This document shows, piece after piece, positions 7,188 to 13,777 of a DNA stretch of 13,777 nucleotides. The notes under the pieces are model-generated. The model saw only the letters and a list, made by a program, of their open reading frames with translations. It was not told where the DNA came from and searched no databases. This DNA is from Candidatus Micrarchaeota archaeon (lineage in GTDB: Archaea; Micrarchaeota; Micrarchaeia; Anstonellales; Bilamarchaeaceae). The stretch spans positions 1-13,777 of the forward strand of contig JBBSVN010000014.1 of NCBI GenBank assembly GCA_038046765.1, given 5' to 3'. The translations under genes were made by a program, and so were the position numbers. The first letter of the stretch is position 1, and each line of letters opens with the position of its first letter.

Positions 7188-8324
7188 TTAATCCAATTCG
7201 ATATACTTATCAATAACCTTCTTTGCACTTTCTCTTTTTCTCTGGTGTTCTTTTAGGAATGCATTAACTTTTTCAACTAAAATCATTTTCAATTCTCCGC
7301 TAAGAAGTTTTCCCGATTTATAATCGTTGTAAATGTCCTCGAGTTTTTTGTCGTCCGGTTCAAAGAACATCTTAAGCCATTGAAAACTTACATCAATATC
7401 TGGGTTTCCGCCTAGTTTCCTATGTTCTTCAAGCGTATCCCGCCCACCAGAAAACGCGTGTTTTTTGATTTTCTTTTCAACAATTTCCGGTGCATCGGTT
7501 AATGCTACATAGCTTTCTGGAATTGATGAACTCATTTTTCCTCCTTGTAAACCGGGTAAGAAAACGTGATATGTCGAACTTATTTCCTGCATTGGATAAA
7601 CTTTGAATCTCTGTAAAATGTCTCGCGCTAATTTTATGTGCGGGTCTTGGTCAGAGCCAACTGGTACAACTGTTGCACATGCACCTTCAAATTCGGGAAG
7701 TTGTGGGTGCAACATATCCGAAACTTGTAAAAGTGCCGAGGATAACTTTGCCGGAGTAATTTCGCCATAAATCGCTCTTACTTCATTAAAAGTAACGTGC
7801 CTTGCAACCATGTTTGCGAGTGAATAATATGCATTAGCTTTTTTTGCGTCTCTTGATCGTTTACTCTGAAAATAAATCTCACAATTTTTTGGGTCTAAAC
7901 CAAGCGCGATGTAATTTGTGATGTATTCCTCGATAGCCGTTCTTCGTAGTTCGTTCACATCCGTTGTCCTTGTATTATATGCTTCAATATCTGCTACTGC
8001 AACGTATATTTTTGCGCCTAGTTTTTGATACGTTAATATCTGTTGCATAACTAGCGCGTGTCCAATGTGGAATTTTCCGGTTGGCATTAAACCCGTCATC
8101 ATAACTAGTTTCTTTTTATTTTTGGCTGCATCAAGGACTTTACTAAAGTCTCGCTGTCCGTAAACAATTCCTCTTCTAAAAATTAAGCTGTCTTTAAATT
8201 CTTTGGGTAATTCTGGCATTTTCCCCATTCCAAATTCCCTTATGAGTTTATCGTAGTCAATCTTACCTGTTACTTCCCACGGTGTTACTGTAAATTCCTT
8301 GTTTTCTTTTTCTGTTTCTTGCAT
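7188..8324 (-). CDS. trpS: Tryptophan--tRNA ligase, archaeal/eukaryal type
   Basis: VTPWEV…IDYDKLIREFG, HIGH (FHIGH), VPVGSDQDPH, KMSSS, HAFSGGRDTLEEHRKLGGNPDIDV, GKLLSGELK. Confidence 0.96.
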   Translation of the reverse strand: MQETEKENKEFTVTPWEVTGKIDYDKLIREFGMGKMPELPKEFKDSLIFRRGIVYGQRDFSKVLDAAKNKKKLVMMTGLMPTGKFHIGHALVMQQILTYQKLGAKIYVAVADIEAYNTRTTDVNELRRTAIEEYITNYIALGLDPKNCEIYFQSKRSRDAKKANAYYSLANMVARHVTFNEVRAIYGEITPAKLSSALLQVSDMLHPQLPEFEGACATVVPVGSDQDPHIKLARDILQRFKVYPMQEISSTYHVFLPGLQGGKMSSSIPESYVALTDAPEIVEKKIKKHAFSGGRDTLEEHRKLGGNPDIDVSFQWLKMFFEPDDKKLEDIYNDYKSGKLLSGELKMILVEKVNAFLKEHQRKRESAKKVIDKYIELD

Positions 8325-8469
8325 AAACTAAATTTACGATAAAGAGATTTATATTAATTTGTAACTTGTGCTGTGGTTGCATTTTTCACATGCGTAAATA
8401 ATATGCCTCTTTTTATTTATTTGCTCAAATATATTATTACTAATTCTTAAAATTCAAGGTGTTAAAAAT

Positions 8470-9978
8470 ATGAAAAAATTATTTGTTTTAGCGTTAGTAA
8501 TCTTTGTCTTTCTTACAAGTTTAAATTTTGCTATTCCTGTTTCAAGTTGTCAGGTAATTAGCCAACCTGGGAATTATGAACTTACAAATGATTTATTTGG
8601 AACTGGTAGTACACTGCAAGGTACTCTCGGGGTTTCCGACATTTGCATCCACATTACTTCATCTGATGTAAATTTAGACTGTATGGGTTATGCTATTCGT
8701 GGTCCGTTGGTTCCAGGTCTAACTCCTGCTACGGGTGTTTTTGCTGGTTTAAGCAGGCAAGATGAACCGCCTCCATTTCCATCTACTTTGAATAATGTAA
8801 ATGTTTTCAACTGTGTTCTAGAAACTTACACAACAGGTATAGAAGTAGTTCGTGTAAATAACGCGCGTGTTCAAAATGTTTTGTCAAAGTATAATACTCA
8901 GGGTGGAATTTCCTTTTTTAATGTTCAACAAGGTTCAATGTCTGCAAGTACTTTTTCGAATAATCCTTACGGGGCATATATCGGTTATTCATCTGGAATT
9001 ACTGTAAATGAAAATACTATAACTAATAGTCGAAGTCAGCTTCCTGGCACTTATATTGGATTATTTGTGGTTTCCTTATCTGATAGTGTTATTTCTTATA
9101 ATACTGTACGCGAGAATCAAAATGGGCTTGAATTGCTAGGTAGTTCAAATAACAACCAAATATTTGGTAATATTATCTCAAATAATTTTGTTGCGGCTGG
9201 AGAATCTGCCCCTTATAGTACTGGGTTAGGTGTTGGTGGGGGATCAGGTAATATTCTATTTGATAATCAAATTATGGATAATTACGGATATGGATTACAA
9301 ATATATGGGAATTCCAATTCGGGTAACACATATTCTAGAAATACGATCTCCAACAATCAGAACAATGTTGATCTTTTAGATTCAAATTTAAATCAGTTTA
9401 TTGAAAATTTCATATCTGATGGTTCAAATTATGGTATTCAAATACGTAGATCTCGCGGGAACAAATTTATTCGGGATACATTGTCTAATAATCTGGTTGA
9501 TTTTATAGTTCAACCTAGTAATTACTTTAATCCCCCGCCGTTAAATCAGACACCATTACAACCTGATCTTATTTTAGATGATGAATTGTTAAGAAAAGTT
9601 AATGGGATTAATAGTAATCAATTAAAATTAAGCTTAGTTGATGATCTAGTTGTAAATGAAAATTATCAGTTGAGCATACTTTCTGCACAGAATGCGCCAG
9701 TTCCACCTGCTAATCAGATTTCCTTTACAAACAAATATCTAAATATTCAACAAGTTCCAGGTGCACCACAAAATCCCTTTATGGTTGATTCATTACAGTT
9801 AAAATGGGATGATTCCGAAGTAATTCCAGGTGTCTATAACGAAAATAATTTTGAAGCATGGAGCTATATGGCACCAAACTGGAATTTAGTAAGTAACAAT
9901 CCGGATACTGTAAATAATGTTCTTAGTTTAAATGACTTAAATCAATACAGCGTTTATGGGATACTCCAAAGGCCATAA
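8470..9978 (+). CDS. Secreted/cell-surface right-handed parallel beta-helix (NosD/CASH-like) protein
   Basis: Signal peptide MKKLFVLALVIFVFLTSLNFA; cap motif SSCQVISQPGNYELTNDL…CIHITSSDVNLDCMG; many Asn/Gly-rich repeats of about 22 aa (e.g. NTVRENQNGLEL); beta-rich C-terminal domain ending SVYGI. Confidence 0.85.
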   Translation: MKKLFVLALVIFVFLTSLNFAIPVSSCQVISQPGNYELTNDLFGTGSTLQGTLGVSDICIHITSSDVNLDCMGYAIRGPLVPGLTPATGVFAGLSRQDEPPPFPSTLNNVNVFNCVLETYTTGIEVVRVNNARVQNVLSKYNTQGGISFFNVQQGSMSASTFSNNPYGAYIGYSSGITVNENTITNSRSQLPGTYIGLFVVSLSDSVISYNTVRENQNGLELLGSSNNNQIFGNIISNNFVAAGESAPYSTGLGVGGGSGNILFDNQIMDNYGYGLQIYGNSNSGNTYSRNTISNNQNNVDLLDSNLNQFIENFISDGSNYGIQIRRSRGNKFIRDTLSNNLVDFIVQPSNYFNPPPLNQTPLQPDLILDDELLRKVNGINSNQLKLSLVDDLVVNENYQLSILSAQNAPVPPANQISFTNKYLNIQQVPGAPQNPFMVDSLQLKWDDSEVIPGVYNENNFEAWSYMAPNWNLVSNNPDTVNNVLSLNDLNQYSVYGILQRP

Positions 9979-9999
9979 TTTTTTATTTTGATTATTTTT
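9979..9999 (+). terminator. Oligo-T archaeal terminator candidate
   Basis: TTTTTTATTTTGATTATTTTT immediately follows the stop codon, between convergent genes. Confidence 0.45.
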
Positions 10000-10002
10000 C
10001 CC

Positions 10003-10808
10003 TTATTTTAATTCCTGTTTTGTTCTATCAAGAAAAAATTTCACAACTAAAAGAGTCAAAAACGCACCAAAATAAGCGATTAATGTGCCGATTATTATTC
10101 CATGAGTTGGATAAAATAAACTAATTGCTACGGCATAAGTAATAACTGGAAACGAAGAAATCATCTTACTTTCGCACTAGATTGTGCAAATTCAATTCCT
10201 TGCGATTTGTTTAGTATAAATAGTGTGCAAAGCATTACTGCCGGAAACACTGCGAATATTCCTCCTACTTGAGGACCAAGAACATAAACTAAAACTACTA
10301 CTCCTGCGACAACTAAACCCGCGCCCGTACCGCGAAGTACTAAATCAAGTTTAGTTGGTTCGATGTTTTTTGCTCGCTTGTTCGAGTTTATTTTTTGTGT
10401 TTTTTCCAAATAATAAAACAAAGCAAGCGTAATTATCGTGTATATTATAACACCTATCCACATGTTTATATCTGTAAAAAAACTTGTTATATGCGCACAA
10501 ATTGCCCAGGAAATGATCGAAATTACAAATGCGCTTTCTTTATATCTTTTGCACGCAAGCACAAAAACGAACAAAAATATGCTATCAATGATCATTGCAA
10601 GTGGAACTATGGATGCAGATTCGGATGCAATCATTGTATTTTGTGTCCACGCTACAAAAATCATTGAGATTACTAAATTCGATGGCATGCCCGCTAAAAT
10701 CCCACCCAATTTTGTCCCTTTACTTTCGCTTAAGCGTGTGATAACTGTTATCCATATCCCTGCCACTAGGAACGAAAGAAATACTTTAAAGAAAAAGGTG
10801 TAATTCAT
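10003..10808 (-). pseudogene. Multi-pass membrane protein (DUF3147-like, internally duplicated), interrupted by a frameshift near 10165
   Basis: The 215-aa ORF stops at 10161 (…AQSSAKVR*), but another frame continues 10164→10003 as MISSFPVITYAVAISLFYPTHGIIIGTLIAYFGAFLTLLVVKFFLDRTKQELK*, two more TM helices. The two halves share GG(I/L)xAxxP motifs (LGGILAGMP / VGGIFAVFP). Confidence 0.75.
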
Positions 10809-10821
10809 TCAAATACACAAG

Positions 10822-11550
10822 CTAGATATCATCGATTCTCTTAAAGTTACAAATATCGTTGATAGCCTCGGTTCTTACTTGTATCAAGCTTCCGGCGTAA
10901 TCCATACAAACAACGAACATCGTTCCGGTCTGTTGTTCTGTTGAAATAACCTTTATTTGACTGTTGTAATATAAAATATTAAAATTATCCAAAATTACGT
11001 TTGTCATATTTGTGTTATTATAATAATTTGTAATGTATCCCTTTGTTTTATTTACTATCCGGGGGCTGTCAATATACTCATTTTCCAACGTATATATTTT
11101 TGGTAGTTCAGTTATTTTTGCCTTAATCGGGTCAATACCAATTCTGAAATCTGACCTTTTAGAATATATTATTCCGCTACTTACTGAAATTGCCGTTTCA
11201 TTGCTAGCCTGTACATCGGGGGTTACTAAAATGACGCTCCAGAAACCTTCTCTTTTTGGGATTCCCTGTTCGTTTATATTCTCTCCTTTTAGCCAAAGTA
11301 TAAAGTTGTCGCTGTATGGCAGTATTGTTTCTTTAGCTAGTTTAAGTGCATCCTTTGCAGTCCCATTTGTTCCATTTCCTTCTACTATTTTTGGGGTTTC
11401 ATTTATTGGTATTTGAATTTTTTGAATTGTTATATTTGTTAAATTTGAACTTGTATTGCTTTCGTTTTTGATTATCTTTGTTGTATCTGAGCTCGTGCAT
11501 CCAAATGATATGAGCAGTACTAACAATAGTGGTATTATGGTTCTTTTCAT
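10822..11550 (-). CDS. Hypothetical lipoprotein (242 aa)
   Basis: MKRTIIPLLLVLLISFGC lipobox followed by an Asn/Thr/Ser-rich linker with many N-x-S/T sequons. Confidence 0.8.
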   Translation of the reverse strand: MKRTIIPLLLVLLISFGCTSSDTTKIIKNESNTSSNLTNITIQKIQIPINETPKIVEGNGTNGTAKDALKLAKETILPYSDNFILWLKGENINEQGIPKREGFWSVILVTPDVQASNETAISVSSGIIYSKRSDFRIGIDPIKAKITELPKIYTLENEYIDSPRIVNKTKGYITNYYNNTNMTNVILDNFNILYYNSQIKVISTEQQTGTMFVVCMDYAGSLIQVRTEAINDICNFKRIDDI

Positions 11551-11604
11551 AAGTTAACTAATCAAAAAAACAATTAATAAACCTTTAGCTCAATATTCTT
11601 ATTT

Positions 11605-11874
11605 ATGTTTGACAAATCAAAATTAAATCCTGAAAATCTTGGAATTTATAATAATATTCTAAGTTTTGGAATTTCAGAAGTGGATGCGCAAGTTATACTT
11701 GATTGTATTGTTGCTAAGCGATCATGTTCTTGGGTAAACAACGACGCAGTTGATGAAAAAACTTTGAAAGCTTTAGATGATTACATTGTTGCAAATAAAT
11801 TTAATCTTTCAATAAAAGTAGATGCTGTTCCAACTCGTGGAAAATATATTTGGGATGTAAAATCTAGGAAATAA
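11605..11874 (+). CDS. Hypothetical protein (89 aa)
   Basis: ATG-started ORF that fills the gap between a divergent lipoprotein gene and convergent radA. TATA-like TTAATAAA about 24-31 nt upstream; globular-protein composition. Confidence 0.75.
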   Translation: MFDKSKLNPENLGIYNNILSFGISEVDAQVILDCIVAKRSCSWVNNDAVDEKTLKALDDYIVANKFNLSIKVDAVPTRGKYIWDVKSRK

Positions 11875-11888
11875 AGAAAAATAAAAAA

Positions 11889-12854
11889 TTAATCTTTCAA
11901 TCCTTCGGCAGTTACCCTAAAGACTGCTTCGCCTTCTGGAAGAACTGGTGAATCAACAACTCTTGCAACTCTTTTATCTTCTTTCCCTTTTCTTAAGTAT
12001 ATTCTTGTTGTAGCTGCGTGAGCTAAAACGTGTCCACCAATTGGTTTAGTCGGGTCTCCAAAGAGCATACCTGGGTCATCCATTACCTGATTTGTAATAT
12101 ATACTGCCAGGTTGTGCGTATCTGCTAAATGCTGCAATATGTGTAAATGCCTGTTTAATTTTTGTTGTCTATCTCCTAACGCACCACGACCTGCGTAATC
12201 AGACCTAAAGTGGGAAGTGATCGAATCAACAATGATTAATTTTATGTTGTTCTTTATTACCATCTCTTCGGCCTTTTCCACTAATAAAATCTGGTGGTCG
12301 CTATTTTCTGCCTTCGCAACATAAATATTTTTTAATACATCATCTCCGTTCATTCCGCAGGCTTCTGCAATTTGTTTTATTCGCTCTGGTCTAAACGTAC
12401 TTTCAGTATCGATAAATAAAACTTTGTTTGCTCCGCTTCCATTGTTCTCTGTTTTTTGTACGCTTACTGCTAATTGGAATCCTAATTGGCTCTTAGAACT
12501 TGAAAATTTTCCATAAGCTTCGGTTATTCCCTGTGTTTCTACCCCGCCTCCTAGTAGTTCGTCAAAATTCGCTGATCCCGTTGAAATTTTATAAATATTT
12601 TTTCTTCTTTCGTATACCTGGTCTCCCGTTTCATAGTTTACTTGTACTCCGTCCTTAGCAGCTTCAATTGCCTTCTTTGCGCTCTCAACTCCAAATTCTC
12701 CCGCTTCGGCTAAATCGTGCGGTGTAGCTGCAGCTATACTTGGTATTTCAGCATATCCTTTTGCTCTTAGTCGCTCTGCAGTAACTTCTCCAATTCCTGG
12801 TAAGTCTTCTAGTTCCCTGTATAATTTTTTTCCGTTTTTTTCTATTAATGCCAT
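11889..12854 (-). CDS. radA: DNA repair and recombination protein RadA (321 aa)
   Basis: N-terminal HhH domain (LEDLPGIGEVTAERL), polymerisation motif YETG, ISTGS…LLGGGVETQ, IDTESTFRPERI, Walker B LIIVDS, GRGALGDRQQKL, TNQV, PIGGHVLAHA, DSPVLPEGEA. Start moved to ATG 12854, after GGAGGGG. Confidence 0.95.
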   Translation of the reverse strand: MALIEKNGKKLYRELEDLPGIGEVTAERLRAKGYAEIPSIAAATPHDLAEAGEFGVESAKKAIEAAKDGVQVNYETGDQVYERRKNIYKISTGSANFDELLGGGVETQGITEAYGKFSSSKSQLGFQLAVSVQKTENNGSGANKVLFIDTESTFRPERIKQIAEACGMNGDDVLKNIYVAKAENSDHQILLVEKAEEMVIKNNIKLIIVDSITSHFRSDYAGRGALGDRQQKLNRHLHILQHLADTHNLAVYITNQVMDDPGMLFGDPTKPIGGHVLAHAATTRIYLRKGKEDKRVARVVDSPVLPEGEAVFRVTAEGLKD

Positions 12855-12875
12855 AATTATCCCCTCCTTCATTTC

Positions 12876-13154
12876 TTAGTTCTTATCATAGATGCTGTAG
12901 ACTGAGTAGGCCAAAAATAATGCTATGAGTTGTGGGGAGGCCTTTGCGACTTCTACAATTCTTTTATGAACATCTGTTTTTTCCATTCCTAATTCCAGGT
13001 TTCTTTTAATCGCAAATAACAAACTTTTGTCTCCAGTTTGCAATATGTCGCTTCTTAATAGTTGTTCGATTGCATTAACCATTCTATCTGGCTGTTGCAT
13101 CAAATATCCAAATACTTCTTTATTTGCGCTTATACCCTCATTTGTTGAGTGCAT
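12876..13154 (-). CDS. Hypothetical, probably all-helical protein (92 aa), co-operonic with radA
   Basis: AGGTGA site 4 nt before ATG 13154 (MHSTNEG…), which removes the overlap with the upstream gene; stop is 21 nt before the radA start. Confidence 0.72.
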   Translation of the reverse strand: MHSTNEGISANKEVFGYLMQQPDRMVNAIEQLLRSDILQTGDKSLLFAIKRNLELGMEKTDVHKRIVEVAKASPQLIALFLAYSVYSIYDKN

Positions 13155-13179
13155 GTTTTCACCTGATTTTTTATCATTT

Positions 13180-13500
13180 TTATTTCTCTTTATTACTATC
13201 TTTATTGTCATACTTGCTATCGTTTGGAAAAACCAATAATCTCATGTTTCCTATTAGCAATGTGTAAAATTCCTTGCCGTTTTTGGAAACGTTTTTCCAC
13301 ATGCCGCCTACATTTTTGTAGATCGTTTTTCCGTTCCTGTCAACTTCGGTTTGAACAATTCTCAAATCCGGTCTGTTTCCCCCGTTTTGCCCTTGTGTCT
13401 GGCCTTGTGCCTGTTGCGATTGGTTTTGTTTTTGTGCGTTTTGACTTGGGGGTATTTCCTCAAAACCCTGGTCTTCGTTTAGGTTTTCCTCAACCTTCAC
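13180..13500 (-). CDS. Small protein with DUF736-like / phage SSB-like beta core and acidic, Gln-rich disordered N-terminus (106 aa)
   Basis: GTG start preceded by GGTGA. Core RPDLRIV…NVGGMWKNVSKNGKEFYTL…LLVFPN resembles the PDxR…GxxW…SxxGxxY pattern of DUF736-type proteins. Family assignment is from recall only. Confidence 0.7.
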   Translation of the reverse strand: MKVEENLNEDQGFEEIPPSQNAQKQNQSQQAQGQTQGQNGGNRPDLRIVQTEVDRNGKTIYKNVGGMWKNVSKNGKEFYTLLIGNMRLLVFPNDSKYDNKDSNKEK

Positions 13501-13519
13501 TTTAAATCACCGTTTTCCT

Positions 13520-13608
13520 TACTAGTATATACTAGTATAGTATATTACTTATTATATATATAATATTATAATATATAATATAAGTATATACTTAATTATG
13601 TATATACT
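13520..13608. promoter_or_regulatory. Palindrome-rich promoter/operator region upstream of the radA operon
   Basis: GTATATAC at 13525-13532, 13584-13591 and 13600-13607, variant GTATATTAC at 13540-13548. Perfect palindromes TACTAGTATATACTAGTA 13520-13537, TATTATATATATAATA 13550-13565 and TAAGTATATACTTA 13581-13594. Confidence 0.6.
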
Positions 13609-13629
13609 AAGGGAAGTTAATGCGACAGT

Positions 13630-13671
13630 AAAAAATAAAAAGGTTTGTTTCTTTCTCGGAAAGTAAAAAAC
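13630..13671 (-). terminator. Hairpin plus T-tract; probable terminator of a minus-strand gene lying right of the window
   Basis: 13643-13671 forms a 13-position stem with 11 pairs (core CTTTC/GAAAG), followed on the minus strand by CTTTTTATTTTTT. Confidence 0.45.
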
Positions 13672-13777
13672 GTAATTTTTGACTAAATGAAACAACTAAT
13701 TTTACATTTCAAACTATTTTTGCAGTAGTTCCGAACTTCTTTTAACACATTAAAAATAGCCACTGTTTATTCTGATT

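Noticed and set aside
10395..11416. + strand ORFs 10395-10667, 10438-10803 and 11033-11416
   Set aside because: Antisense shadows of the membrane protein and lipoprotein genes.
11889..12854. Intein in RadA (known from some archaeal RadA proteins)
   Set aside because: Length is a normal 321 aa and the motifs are contiguous, with no insertion after the Walker A.
13027..13505. + strand ORFs 13027-13239 and 13224-13505
   Set aside because: Antisense to genes with clear ribosome-binding sites in the radA operon.
13651..13666. CTTTCTCGGAAAGTAA resembles, from memory, a stem-loop in the Cas12f (Cas14) tracrRNA of DPANN archaea
   Set aside because: Only a short hairpin match; no cas gene, repeat array or flanking similarity in the window, and a terminator explains it more simply.
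13672..13777. Possible gene end at the right edge (minus strand …IRINSGYF*)
   Set aside because: All three minus-strand frames stop within 12 codons; there is too little sequence to choose one.

Overview
Low-GC archaeal chromosomal segment. The gene set (split ADP-forming acetyl-CoA synthetase, archaeal TrpRS, RadA, RHH/PIN toxin-antitoxin pair, beta-helix and Cys-rich surface proteins), short intergenic spacers, TATA-type promoters and GGTGA/GGAGG ribosome-binding sites suggest a small-genome DPANN archaeon, possibly Micrarchaeota-like; the taxonomy is inference only. No rRNA, tRNA, CRISPR array or transposase was recognised. Most notable: (1) a three-gene minus-strand unit encoding a small DUF736/phage-SSB-like protein, an unknown helical protein and a RadA with a deviant Walker A (GKFSSSKS), preceded by repeated GTATATAC palindromes; (2) an unusually long 466-bp non-coding stretch with four back-to-back hairpins followed by a large AT-rich inverted repeat; (3) a membrane-protein gene broken by a one-base frameshift, whose missing C-terminus is still readable; (4) a PDZ-less HtrA-like protease flanked by two equal-length Cys-rich modules. 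All family assignments come from motif recognition, not database searches.
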